Origin: Selaginella moellendorffii
Lineage: Eukaryota; Plantae; Lycopodiophyta
Direction of reading: 5' to 3'
Assembly: GCF_000143415.4 (NCBI RefSeq)
Contig: NW_003314270.1
Span: 62,001-126,000, forward strand
DNA length: 64,000 nucleotides
In this document: one piece after another, positions 41,827 to 54,630 of the stretch
How positions within the stretch are numbered: position 1 is the first letter of the stretch
Layout of the letters: the number at the start of each line of letters is the position of its first letter
Position numbers and translations under genes: made by a program
The notes under the pieces: generated by a model
Seen by the model: the letters and a program-made list of their open reading frames with translations, nothing else
Databases searched by the model: none
Told to the model about the DNA's origin: nothing

Positions 41827-42051
41827 ATGGAAAAGTCACTCCCAGACGCTCAGAAGAATGCCTCGCCAGTAGCGCCAGAGGCGAAGGATTGCCGCAAAGA
41901 AAAGAAAGATGTGGATCCAGCCAAGGACGAGCCCAAGAGCTACACGGTCGTCTCGCATCAAGGTAATGCTGACACTAGCAGCACGAACTCTCCCAGTGAT
42001 ATCCTCGTCTTCCAACGTACCGTCGCGAAGACTGACTCTTCTCTCGAGTAG
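41827..42051 (+). CDS. Conserved 74-aa uncharacterised microprotein ending in ..FQRTVAKTDSSLE
   Basis: ATG in good context (tccATGG) just after a splice acceptor. The C-terminus ILVFQRTVAKTDSSLE* resembles a recalled conserved plant small-protein motif. Confidence 0.7.
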   Translation: MEKSLPDAQKNASPVAPEAKDCRKEKKDVDPAKDEPKSYTVVSHQGNADTSSTNSPSDILVFQRTVAKTDSSLE

Positions 42052-42407
42052 CGAAAGCTCACATCAATTGGTGAGAAGAAAAAAATTCGATCTTTGAGTG
42101 ATCGATCGATGGTATCGTGAAGTTTTCTAGCTTGGTTGGAAGAAGAATGTGTGATCCATCATGGATTCTTCTCGAGAGTAGCAAAAGCTCACATTGGTGT
42201 CCTCTCTGATAGCTCCTTGGTTAGCTTGTGCTGGTATTTGCAGCTACAATGGTAAAAATGTAGAGGAAAAGAGTTTGAGCGTGATTGATCCATGGTATCG
42301 TGAAGTTTCCAGCTTTGTTAATGATCGATCGATCGATGCAAAAAAGAGAAGTTTCAAAGAATAGAACCATGTAAAAAAAAAAATTGTTCTATATAACAAC
42401 GAAGTTA

Positions 42408-42408
<1 letters not shown>

Positions 42409-42438
<30 letters not shown>

Positions 42439-42488
42439 AACGGATTGGAGCCTAAATCCAACGCCTTAGACCACTCGGCCAAACTGTC
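42409..42488 (-). tRNA. trnL-UAG: tRNA-Leu(UAG)
   Basis: Reverse complement GACAGTTTGGCCGAGTGGTCTAAGGCGTTGGATTTAGGCTCCAATCCGTTAGGGCGTGGGTTCAAATCCCACAGCTGTCA. Anticodon TAG, long variable arm, poly-T terminator downstream. Confidence 0.97.
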
Positions 42489-42528
42489 AAGTCATGCTTC
42501 AGGGACACGTAGAAAAACAGAAGGCCTG

Positions 42529-44146
42529 TTATAGCGAAATGTTTAGTGCTAGAACAGCCTTGACAGGCCGGTGGTCGGAGCTCCTCATCGAATCTATGGA
42601 AGTGTAGTCGTGAACGTTGGCGGTGACCCATCCCGTGTCCTTTACTTTGAAGAGGATTCTATCCGTCCATGAGGGAACTCTCTCCTGGATTGTAGATCAA
42701 AGTTTCGATTTTGGAGAAGAAATGAAGAACAGTACCTTCGCACTAGTGTCGTAGTTGTCCGTGCCAACGTCGTATTTGTAAGTTGGTCTGAAAGTTAGCG
42801 GGCCTTCGCGAAAGCCAGTGAAGATCCTCCCGTGTCGGGCTTCTCGAGAGAGCTGGTCTCTCGACCACAAGAGCTGGAAAAACCAAAATGGTTCCAAGGA
42901 CGAGATATGAATGGAAGAAAATACCTTTTCCAAGTTGTTCTTGATCAAAACTCCCACGGAGGTTCTATGCCCGACGACCCTGTAATTTAAATCTCCCACC
43001 CAGATGACCAGGTCCGACTCCTCCACTGCGTTTGCGTTCTTGAAGGGCTGTTGCTGCCGCTCCTTGAAAGCAAAGTCGTCTGCCACAATGCCGGTGCTTG
43101 TTTGTAGGCAGGCGCAGACGGTGGAAGAGTATGGCCTCGCAAAAACGTTCTGGCATATCCGTGTGTATTGAGAGTTCCTTGCCTCTACATTGCCTTCGTG
43201 AGCTGCACTGGAGCGTTGGAAACAGGATTAGGATGAAAGGCGATTCTACTCAAAGGGGCTTACGAGCAAGATGGCAAGAGAGGAACAAGAATGTGAGGTC
43301 CCTGTAACGCAACGTGACCGCCGTAGCTCCTTTCTGGCGGCCTATTACTCCTCCAAATCCTCCAACTCCAACTTTGTCACTTCTACAATCTGACAAAAGA
43401 GATTAAAAACCAAAGATCCAAAGATCCATGAGAAAAAGTTCGGCTTTAGTTTGATACACTTTACCTGACATGAATGGCAACAGTGTAATCTTCACGAAAA
43501 CAAAGAGCTGCAAGGATGCCATGATTGAGGAGGCAACCAGGCTAGACAAAAGGAGATAATGAAAAATTAAACTGTGGAAAATCTGTGAGCTTCTTACCAG
43601 TAGCTTTCGCCGAGAACCTCCAAGAAAAACGAGTCTACGTAGCTGCTTGGAGCTTCTTGAAGTCCAATCACGTACAAATCGTACTTTCTGCCACTGGAGT
43701 CATCCAGAAGCCTTGCAAGATCATACCGAGGAATCTAGAAGCAAAAGGAAAACCTGTAAGAATGAACGATGTAAAAGAGCAAAAAGTGTTACCTTCCCGT
43801 TCATGTTCCAAGTGACAACGTAGATTTCCAGGCCTTCCCTTTTCTCGCTTCTGAATTCCACTTGAGGAGCTCTTTGCTGCAAAAACGGCTTCATCTCCGA
43901 AAGATCATCTCCAAACCGAGCGTCAATCTTTTCCCTGTGCGAGACAACATACTCCAGCGAGTCTGGTCTGCCCGCTGTCGAAGGCACTGCCGACTCCTCA
44001 TCGATCAAAATTCTGAGAGCCTCCGCATCCTCCATCTGTATGACATCCAGAAGCCTTGGACGAAGCTTTGTCCACCGGTGTGCCATCCGCGAACAGAGAT
44101 CGTCACAGCAGTCGTAGCAACAGGCCGAGCAGGAACAGTTCCCCAT
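42529..44146 (-). CDS. IP5P11: Inositol polyphosphate 5-phosphatase, 5PTase11-like, multi-exon
   Basis: IYVVTWNMNG, RRQKGATAV, VIWVGDLNYRV, FRPTYKYDVGTDNYDTS, PSWTDRILF and SSDHRPV. Stop at 42529-42531. Start is MGNC at 44146 (alternative ATG at 44182). Confidence 0.92.
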
Positions 44147-45348
44147 CACATCACCACACTTCTCTCGTCGAAAGCACACCATAGCTCGCAGCTTCCAACT
44201 TCGCTTCCAGCATCTCTCACGCCGAAGAAAACCAAACTCTCCTCTTTCTCCTCCAAGGCCGGCTGGAACTACTCTCTCTTCTGGGGCCGGCTTTTGTGAT
44301 CTAGATACGATTCGAGCGTAGCAAACGCGAGGAGCCTCTAGCGAAATGCGACAAACAGCCGAGAATCCTGCTCCTAGTTATAGACAAAGCCGAAAGTTAG
44401 ACCACAGTGTACGTATGAAAAACCTTCAGAAAAAGATAGAAAAAGTAAAAACAACGAAGGAAAAACAAGAGCAAGGAGTTCCGTAGCGTACCTCTTTCAG
44501 GTGCCTCCCAGAGTAGCCAGGATCCAGCGACGGTATTCTCCCTGGTTTTTCATGGTCTTTCTCCGCACATATGACGCATCAATGAGGGTCATTCATTGGA
44601 AAGAAAGCCGTCGCCATCGTCTGGGTGTTCAATGGGACACCTAGCAAAGCGACCGAGAAGAAAAAAAAAACAAAAAAACAACGTGAGAGAGAACGAACGA
44701 GAATGAAAAAAATCGGAAATATCTCCTTCATTGGCCCTGATCTCTCTCATCTTTCTTCCTTAAAATCTCTAAAGTTTCTCACGAATCTCATCTCTCTCGT
44801 TTTTTTTTTTTGGCTAAGTTCTCTCACAAATGTAAATTATCTCAGTCGCTTTCGCGATTCTAATGCAGCAGCCAGCGTCCCAAAGAGAGCAAATGACGAG
44901 ATTCAAGCGCCATCACTGTCTGTGGCGTAATGCCATCGCCAGATCTCTTTTTCTTCGTCCCCAATCTTTTCTTTCGCTCTTTCTTTCTATTCTATTTGCT
45001 CTGGGCAAGATCACTCACCTCCAGGCGCCATGGAATCCTCGAAAAAAGAAGCTTCTTTGCTCGCGCCAGCAGCACTGGCGGCGCTGCGCCTCCATTCCTC
45101 GAAATCCGTCCAACGGCCTAAATGACCTAATCAATGGCCACCGCAGGACGACAAATCCTTTTTATCAACGCCGAGTTTTGGCGCGCACGATCGTGGAATA
45201 TACCCCAGGAAATTTGAAAAGGGCATCTCTTGTTTTAACTGGAGAATCTTCCCTCTCTTCTTGGCGCCTTCCGTGCCCTTGTCGTACGAGCCCTATGGCG
45301 TTTTGGTTCTCGGCTCGAGCGCTCTAGCTAGGGTTCTTGTGGCGCGCG

Positions 45349-48300
45349 ATGACGGCAACGGGAGCGCCAATCGTGACTAAGGAGATCGTATCGGTGAGTT
45401 CTCGATCTGATCGCTCCAGCTTGATGGATCCAGCTGAGTTTTTGGTGTGGAAATGTAGCTCACGGGGCTTGGGATCGGGGCTCAGTTTGTCGGATTTTCT
45501 TTCGTCACCATGGAATCCGAGAAATATATCTGTGTCAGGGAGACTTCGCCACAGAACAGTCTCATGATTGTGGATTTGAGCGTACCAAAGCAACCGTTGC
45601 GTCGGCCGATCGCCGCGGATTCGGCTTTGATGAATCCTTTGGGAAAAGTTCTCGCTCTTAGAGGTAACCACAGCTCAATTCTAGCGTTTTCTCTAACATT
45701 TTTCTCATTCTTTATTTTTTTGTTGATAGCACAAGAGCAGCTACAAGTTTTTAACCTTGACACCAAGGCCAAGCTAAAAGCTTATCAAATGAACGAACAG
45801 GTCTGTCTGCAAGCTGGTGTTATGCTTTTCACCTCATGCTACGTTATGTGAAGATCGTCTTTGGAAATGGATCACACCGAAAATCATTGGACTGGTGACA
45901 CAGGATGCGGTTTATCACTGGTCTATTGAAGGTTAGTGTTTTTCTATGATCAGTTTGGTTATTTCCTTTTATTTTTTTCCTGAGTCAGGGCCGCCTGAGC
46001 CGGTGAAGATGTTTGAGAGAGCGGCCAATTTGAATGGCCACCAGATCATCAATTATCGCTGTGACCCCACTGAGAAATGGCTTGTTTTGATCGGGATTGC
46101 TCCAGGCCCTCCGGAGGTACGCTTCGTTCTTCTAGAGGCTTGTTTTGATCGAGATTGCTCCTGGCCCTCCGGAGGTACGCTTCGTTCTTAATTTCTTCAC
46201 TGCTAACGTCAACTTCTATCTGCAGCGTCCTCAACTAGTGAAAGGAAATATGCAGATTTATTCCGTAGACCAAAAGCGAAGTCAGTCACTTGAAGCTCAT
46301 GCTGCGGCATTTGGATCTTTCAAGGTAATTGCAGATACCGGGCTTAAGGCACGCAATGAAAGGCTGTAAGTATATTGATACCATATGTTGACATTATCTA
46401 AACGAGTTTATGCTTCTACAGCTTGCCGCAAATGACGCTGCATCTGTTATTATATCTTTTGCATCAAAGAGCTATTCCGGGGCCCAGGTTGTGTCAAAGC
46501 TGCATGTAATCGAACTTGGCGCACAGACAGGTTTCATTCATTTTAATACTAGTTCTCTACGTATTAAGCGAGTTGCTTGCAGGTAAGGTTGGGTTTGGGA
46601 AAAAACAGGCCGAACTCTTTTTTCCTCCCGAATTCGCTGACGACTTTCCCATTGCAATTCAGGTATATAAGGCTCATAGCTCGTAAACGTTACGTCTTCT
46701 TTTTTTGTTCAGATGTCTCAAAAGTATGGTGTTATCTATGTCCTCTCGAAAATGGGACTTCTTTTTGTCTATGATTTGGAGACTGCTGTTGCCGTGTATA
46801 GGAATCGTATCAGCGTAGATCCCTTTTTCATTTCTGCTGACGCTCCTTCAAATGGAGGTTTTTATGCTGTGAACAAACGCGGCCAAGTTCTCATGGGCAC
46901 AATCAATGAGACGACAATTATTTCTTTCATCAGCGATCAGGTAGTGCAAAACTTTCAACAAAAGAAGCATTCATTTGTGATTTTACAGCTAAAAAATATG
47001 GACCTTGCAGTAAGCCTTGCAAAGCGAGCGAACCTCGCTGGAGCTGAAAAACTCGTAATCGTTGGTTCAACATTATTTTCCGTTTTTGAGTGATGTTTCT
47101 GTAGGTCGTGCAAAGATTTCACGAGCTAGTTTCGCAAACCAAGTACAGAGAAGCAGCAGACCTGGCCGCCGAGTCTCCTCAAGGTGTTCTTCGAACTCCT
47201 GAAACTATTGCAAAACTTCAGGTGGGCATCACAGTATCATGGTTACCCTTATAACATTCATTAGTTTGATGTTGGCAGCTGATCACTGTTCCACCTGGGC
47301 AAACTTCTCCCTTGCTTCAATATTTTGGCACCTTGTTAACGAAAGGTCGCTTAAATGCATTCGAATCTTTGGAGTTGTCTCGACTGGTTGTAAGTCAGAG
47401 CAAGAAACATCTGCTGGAAAACTGGTTAGCGGAGGACAAGCTGGAGTGTACAGAAGACCTGGGGAACCTCATCAGGGTATGCTTGATTTACTTTATTTCT
47501 ATAGTCTTTAATGATTCTAGCAGGGGGTTGATGCCGAAATGGCCCTGAAAGTTTACATTAAGGCCCGAGCAACGGCAAAAGTTATTGCTGGATTTGCTGA
47601 GAGAAGGGAATTTGATAAGATATTAATCTACTCCAAGCAGGTTTTAATATCGCTGATATCATAGTTCTTGTATGAACTCTTACATTGAACGCCAGGTTAA
47701 CTACACGCCAGACTATCTTTTCTTGTTGCAATCAGTATTAGCCATCGATCCGCAGGTAGATTCACGATTCGTTGTGGTCCTCATCTAAGAATTACTCTGT
47801 GCAGGCTGCAGTAAATTTTGCGTTGATTTTATCTAAAATGGACGGTGGCTGTCCAGTTGATTACAACATCATCATTGAATTATTTCTCCAGGTATGTTCT
47901 CTGTTTCTCCTTTGAAAAGAAATACAATGATGAGCCAACATTTTAGGTGTTCTTTACAGCGCAACATGATCCGGGAAACTACCGCTTTTCTTTTAGATGT
48001 GTTGAAGGAAAATCTTCCGGAACACGGGCTGCTTCAAACGAAGGTCTAGTATTTTCTTTTTAGTGAGCATTTGTTCATATATTCACAAGACACGTATGCA
48101 GGTTCTCGAGATCAACCTGTTGACATTTCCTAATGTGGCAGAGGCCATCATGGCAAATGGTGTTTTCAGCCACTATGACCGATCTCGCATTGCTCAGCTT
48201 TGCGAAAAGTCCGGGCTTTTCATGAGAGCACTTCAGGCACATCTAGTGTTTAAAATATTTCACTGACAGTAAAAAAACTATTTCTTGCAGCATTACACAG

Positions 48301-51300
48301 AGTTGACGGACATAAAAAGAGTCATAATAAACACCCATACGATGGATGGTCAGGTAAGTAGTTTTAAGATGCTTAGATTAAGTTTGACATGGCAGTGCAG
48401 GCATTAGTCGAGTTCTTTGGCACACTTTCAAAAGACTGGGCGTTGGATTGTATGAAAGAATTGCTCCTGATTGATATGCGACAGAATTTGCAGATCGTCG
48501 TGCAGGTACTTCTGGCAAAGTATTTTGTGCTTTGACAGTCTTGCCCGTTTTCAGGTGGCCAAAGAATATGCAGAGCAACTTGGAGTCGAACATTGTATTG
48601 ACTTGTTTGAGCAGTTTAGATGCTATGAAGGCATATTTTTCTTCCTGGGAGCGCAACTTGCAAAAAGGTGAGTAACGATGGTTCTTCATTCTATTACCGT
48701 AACACGTCTAGTCTCCAGTGAGGACGCCAACGTTCACTTTAAGTACATCGAAGCAGCTGCTAAAATTGGTCAGCTGAAAGAAGTGGAACGTGCAACAAGG
48801 GAATCGAAGTTCTACGATGCAGAGCGAGCTAGGAATTTTCTCATGGAAATACAGCTTCCAGATGCCCGTCCATTGATAAACGTCTGCGACCGCTTTGGAT
48901 TTATCCCCGAACTAACACATTATCTATACTCAAAGAACATGCTCCGCTACATTGAAGGCTACGTTCAAAAGGTAAATCATCTCTTCGTTTTCCTAAAAAT
49001 TCAACTTTGCGTTATCGTACAGGTAAACCCAGGAAATGCACCACTAGTTGTTGGCCAGCTTCTTGAGGAAGATTGTCAAGAAGATTTTATCAAGAATTTG
49101 GTGTTTTCTATCCGGTCTCTTGTTCCCGTAGAGCCACTTGTGGCCGAGTGTCAGAAACGGTGAGCTATATATTTACATTATTTCTTTGCATTGTCTAATT
49201 TGTGAAACAGGAATCGACTGAGGCTGCTCACTCCATTTTTGGAGAACCTGGTCTCTGAGGGCAGCAAAGACGTAGCTGTGCATAATGCCCTTGCTAAGAT
49301 TGCTGTGGATACAAGCAACAACCCTGAACATTTTCTCACCACCAATCCTTACTATGATTCTCAAGTCGTGGGAAAGTACTGTGAGAATCGGGATCCTACG
49401 CTGGCTGTTATTGCATACCATCGGGGCCAGTGTGATGACGATTTGATACATGTAACAAACAGAAACTCGCTATTCAAAGTTCAAGCAAGGTATGCTCTAC
49501 TCGGTTTTGCATTGATCAGCTGTTAACTTCTTTTTCAGATATGTTGTGGAGCGCATGGATCCCGAACTCTGGGCAAAGCTTCTCAATCCAGACAACTTTT
49601 ATAGACGGCAGTTTATTGATCAAGTCGTTTCTACCGCTCTACCTGATACTCGAAGCCCCGATCAAGTCTCAGCTGCTGTGAAAGCTTTTATGCTAGCGGA
49701 CCTTCCGCACGAGCTGATAGAGCTTCTTGAGAAAATTGTGCTCCAAAACTCGGCATTCAGCGACAATCCAAACCTGCAGAACCTCCTTATACTCACGGCC
49801 ATCAAAGCAGAGAAGTCTCGAGTTATGGACTACGTAAATCGTTTGGACAACTTCGACGGTCCTGCAGTGGGGGAGATTGCTGTCGGTGCGGAACTCTATG
49901 AAGAAGCATTCACGGTTTTCAAAAAGTTTTCCCTGCACACCCAAGCCGTCAACGTTCTTCTCGAGAACTTGCAAAGCATCGGGCGAGGTGTTGACTTTGC
50001 AAACAGGGTGGAAGAAGCAGATGTTTGGAGGCAAGTCGCCAAAGCTCAACTCAAAATTGGAGCGGTTGCTGAGGCTATCGATTCGTTCACTCGTGCAAAG
50101 GACACGACGCACTTCAGTGAAGTTATCAAGGCAGCAGAGGAGGTCAAAGCTTATGATGATCTTGTGAAGTACCTCTTGATGGTCCGGAAGAGCATCAAAG
50201 AGCCAAAAGTCGACTCGGAGCTGATATACGCCTATGCAATGTCAGATCAACTGAGCGACATCGAAGATTTTCTCCTCCAGTCGCACGTCGCCAACTTACC
50301 GAGCGTTGGCGAAAGGCTCTACGAGGATGGTGCTTATCAGGCTGCCAGAATCATCTTCACTCAGACTTCCAACTGGGGCCGGCTGGCGACGACGCTCATA
50401 AAACTGAAGCTGTTCCAGGACGCTGTGGATGCATCCAGGAAAGCTGACAACTCCAGAGTATGGAAAGAGGTCTGTTTTGCTTGTGTTGATGCAGAGGAGT
50501 TTAGGCTCGCGCAGATTTGTGGACTGCACGTTATTGTCCAGGTACGTTTTTGTTTGCTTTTTTTCTCTTCTATCTTATTGCTGAGTTTCATACTTGTAAA
50601 AATTCAGGTAGACGACCTTGAGGAAGTCAGTGACTACTATCAGAAACACGAAAGGTGGAAAGAGCTTATTGCGTTGATGGAGAGCGGCTTGGGACTAGAA
50701 CGCGCACACATGGGAATTTTTACTGAGCTAGGAGTGCTGTATGCGAAGTATCTTCCCGACAAGCTTATGGAGCACTTGAAGCTATTCAGCGCTCGCGTCA
50801 ACATCCCCAAGCTTATTCGAGCGTGCAGCGAGCAACAGCACTGGAAGGAGCTAACCTTCCTTTACATACAGTACGACGAGTTTGACAATGCTGCAGCGAC
50901 TATGATAGCTCATTCTCCAGAAGCTTGGGATCACACGCAGTTTAAAGATATCGCTGTGAAGATGGCGAAGATCGAATTATACTACCGGGCTATCACGTTT
51001 TATCTCGAAGAACATCCAGATCTTCTCAACGATCTGTTGCTTGTCCTGTCTTCTCGTGTCGATCATACACAAGTGGTGAATCTTCTCAGAAAGGTACAAG
51101 GCGTTCTTTGGCTGTTTATCTTAATCTATGTTTTCTGCTGCAGGCTGGTCACTTGCCTATGATAAAACCATACCTGGTGTCGGTTCAAAGCCACAACCTT
51201 AGCGCAGTGAACGAAGCACTCAATGCGTTGTATGTCGAGGAAGAAGAGTTTGACAAACTGCGGGAGTCTATCGAAATGTATGACACGTTTGATCAAATCT

Positions 51301-52086
51301 CGCTAGCTCAACAAGTAAGAAATCTTCGTTCTTCTAGATAGAATTCCTCATATCATCGTTTCCTTGCAGATTGAAAAACATGAGCTACTGGAATTTCGTC
51401 GCATCGCAGCTTTCATCTACAACAAGGCTGGAAGGTGGCGGCAGTCTGTAGAGCTTTCAAAAAAGGACGAGCTGTACAAGGATGCCATGGAAACTTGCTC
51501 GGAGTCTGGGGATGGAATGCTAACCGAAGAGCTACTCACATTCTTTGTCGAGCAAGTAAGTTGATTTCTCGCATACATCATTTATAAAACTAAACTTTGG
51601 CCTCCAGGGGAGACGGGATTGTTTTGCCGCTTGCCTATACATTTGCTACGATCTTGTAAGAGCCGATGTGGCCTTGGAGCTGGCATGGATGCACAAAATG
51701 CTGGATTATGTCGTCCCCTATATGATCCAGGTATCGTTTTCCTCGAAAAGGCCTTGTGATGGAACTTAGATATCTTTCAGTTCATAAGGGAGTACACAAA
51801 CAAGGTAGACGAGCTCATGAAGGACAAGTATGACTCTCTCCAAGAGCTGCGCTCCAAGTCTAGCGAAGACAAAGATATGCTCTCCAAACAGGTATGCTAT
51901 TAGTTTTCACTGCCATCTCTGGACTTGACATGGTTGTGTGTGATGTAGAACTTGTACGCGCAGCTTCTTCCACTGGCACTGCCGGGACCGACCGCTCCCG
52001 GAATGTATGAAATCCCGTATGGAATGTCTCCGCCGCCACCGCCGCCTTCCACTTCTTTCGCTGGTATGCCACCGATGAGCTTCTAA
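45349..52086 (+). CDS. CHC: Clathrin heavy chain, about 30 exons (one apparent 1-nt frameshift at about 45861)
   Basis: [77 protein letters not shown], and a C-terminal [12 protein letters not shown]...PPMSF*. Confidence 0.95.
46079..46189. repeat. 58-bp tandem duplication of a CHC exon end plus 5' splice site
   Basis: ggcttgttttgatcg(g/a)gattgctcc(a/t)ggccctccggag|gtacgcttcgttctt at 46079 and 46137. Confidence 0.95.
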
Positions 52087-52389
52087 CTTGAAACTTCGCC
52101 CGAGAGCATCGAGAGAGGAATTCCAGACCTCGTTTCCTAGACCCAAGGCCAAGTTATCCAAAAGAAGAGGTGGTGATCACTAAGAATAGATAGAATCCGG
52201 AGTTTTAAAATTGTTTCCAGTTTATAAGCTAGCTGGCCAAGAAATTATCAAACTGAACAACTCGACAAACTTGGACTGGACAAAAGAATAGTGGCTAAGA
52301 AACCAAATATGACTTGATGAAACATGGAGCCTTCCCACGTAGCACGACAAACTTGGACTGGACAAAAGATTTGATCAAGGTGTTTTGCA

Positions 52390-53030
52390 CGTCAATGCCG
52401 CGACTATGACTTTCTAGCACCAAGATTGTGTAGTGAACTCTCCTTCGAGCATACCCTGGGAATCCTGGCCCAGTTGCCTCAATGGCGTAAAGGGCTACTG
52501 GAATGACCTTGACCACGTAGCTTTTCTCTCCAGACTGTAACCACATTGTTATGTGTATGCCTTTGTTTTGATCACAGGTTCCCTGTTATAGAGGCATTGT
52601 TGCAACGGCCAAACACCGTGACTTGCGTCTTAGACAAATTGACTTGCATGCCTGCCCGTATTAAAGAGACGCTGCATGGCGCGGTATCCGGTGCCACTAG
52701 AAGAAGATCATTGGCGTACAGGAGGAGAAACAGATACATTCCCAGAGAGTTGTTAGGTTCGATCATGGTTTCGAGCGCCCCGATGTAAATGGCAAAAAGG
52801 TTGGAGACAATGGGCATCCCTGCCTAACCCCACTTGTGAAAGGAACCGTGTCCCCTCTGGAGCTTCACTAATCGGTATAGCTCGACAACCACAGCAATCA
52901 ATGGTGTCGGAGCGTCCAGTTCCAAGAGCTGGGAGATCAAAAGGTGGCGAGGTACCAGGTAGAAGGCCTTAGCAAATCCAACAACAGTCTCATAAGTTCC
53001 ATTAAATGTGCTGGGTGACGATGTGATCCA
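52390..53030 (-). mobile_element. Degenerate non-LTR (LINE) reverse transcriptase fragment
   Basis: Minus-strand VGFAKAFYLVPR (D-F-x-K-A-F-D-like), GVRQGCPLSPT, LLLYANDLLL (YADD-like) and VNLSKTQV, with frameshifts. Confidence 0.85.
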
Positions 53031-53034
53031 GACA

Positions 53035-53592
53035 GGAGCGTATTGAGTATGAGTGGTATTCCATGGAACGCCTTCAGAGATGCGACTTTGGCTTCCATCA
53101 ATGCGAACAACTGGCCGACGCACACTCGAGGGCCGAGGGAGAACGGCATGAAAGCGTTTGGGGATACTTGGAGGCGTTGAAGATGCCATCTTTGAAGCGT
53201 TCTGGGTCGAAATCGCTGGCATCTGGTCCCCAAAGTTCCTTGCCGTGGCGAATTGCTAGGCCTGGGAAGGCGACAGCACAAGTCTTGCACCCAGGTATCT
53301 TGGAAGCAGGCTCTGAAAAACGCTATGACCGGTGGATACAGGCGCAAGGTCTCGTTAAGTATCATTCCTACCTGTGAATCGACACCGAAAGAGTATTGGA
53401 AATCACAAACTTTTAAGATTTTCTCGACTTGTAACCAGCTTGAGTTCGCTGATCTTATCGGCATCAATGTGGTGCACCATCCTTCTATATTTCCTGTACT
53501 TCAGCACGAGCACGTTCCTGCCAATCGGGATAAACAGCCAGCAGCATCATAGTCCAGGATAGCAGCGAAGCCGTGGATTCATGCCCGGCAAG
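53035..53592 (-). pseudogene. Cytochrome P450 (CYP72 clan) 3' fragment, duplicate of 57437-57995
   Basis: ETLRLYPP (ExxR), FDPERF (PERF) and FMPFSLGPRVCVG (heme), frameshifted and truncated. Confidence 0.88.
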
Positions 53593-54630
53593 TCCAGATT
53601 GTCACAGGAACAGCACCCAATCAACATTCCTTCACTTCCGGTTCTGACAATGGATCCTGATCAAATGGATCCATCACGTAGCATCCTTTTTGGACGATTT
53701 GCAGCCCGGGCCGGGCCTGTGAAGTGCCTCGTCTCAGATTACTTCAGCAGTTGGTCACAGGATGTAAGAGTTGCTCTTTGATGCAGCAACACAATCATTG
53801 GACGAAACTTTCTACTATCATCTGCCTTTGCTCGCCTCCAAAGTCTACTACCCTCTCAAAGGTAAGCAGTTTGATGTAACTTATGGTTGCAATGCTTCTA
53901 CCACCAGATCCGCACAAATCCAGCCCAATTACGTTTTGGCCTCTGCTCCGGCCGTGTTAGGTTCCTCTTATTTTCTAACAAGTGGGTCCCTCTATACACC
54001 TTTTGTTTCTGCTGCGAAAGAGGACCTTTTGCTTTCTGATTAACAGCGTCGAGGAGCTCGAGCAGGCTCTTGTCAATGCACACAGGTCTGAGGCTATTGA
54101 ATCCCTTCAACCAGATATTGAGTTATGACGAGGTCCAAATTTTGCAAATACTTACCAGTTCCCAGGCAACTGGAATATTTCCCGAGTTTACAAGACTTGT
54201 TCCTCCAGCCCAACAAGCTCAATGGAACCATACCTGCGGAGATTGGACAGATTCAGTCTCTTGGTTTCTTAAATCTGGGAAACAACAACTAGCTTGGATT
54301 TCATACTCACGCTTGGCTTTCAGCAGGTCCACTGAGAAAGCGAAGCATATACGGCAGGAGGTTTGAGCTTGACGCAAAGCGCTTGTACATTCATGCCCTA
54401 CCGCTTGTACCTGCGGCTGCACTGCATCTTTCGCAAAAAACGAAGCCAGCAACATCTGAACAAAAATCTATTTACATTTACCAATAAACAATAAACAATG
54501 TCAGTTTCAAAAAATGTGATTTCGTCGCGCGGTCAATGCCCTAAACCCGGTCAATCTCCTAAACCCTAACACGTGGCGTGCCCCAGCCTTTTTTGAACCC
54601 CCTTTTGCCGCGTCTACTTAATGTTAGGGC

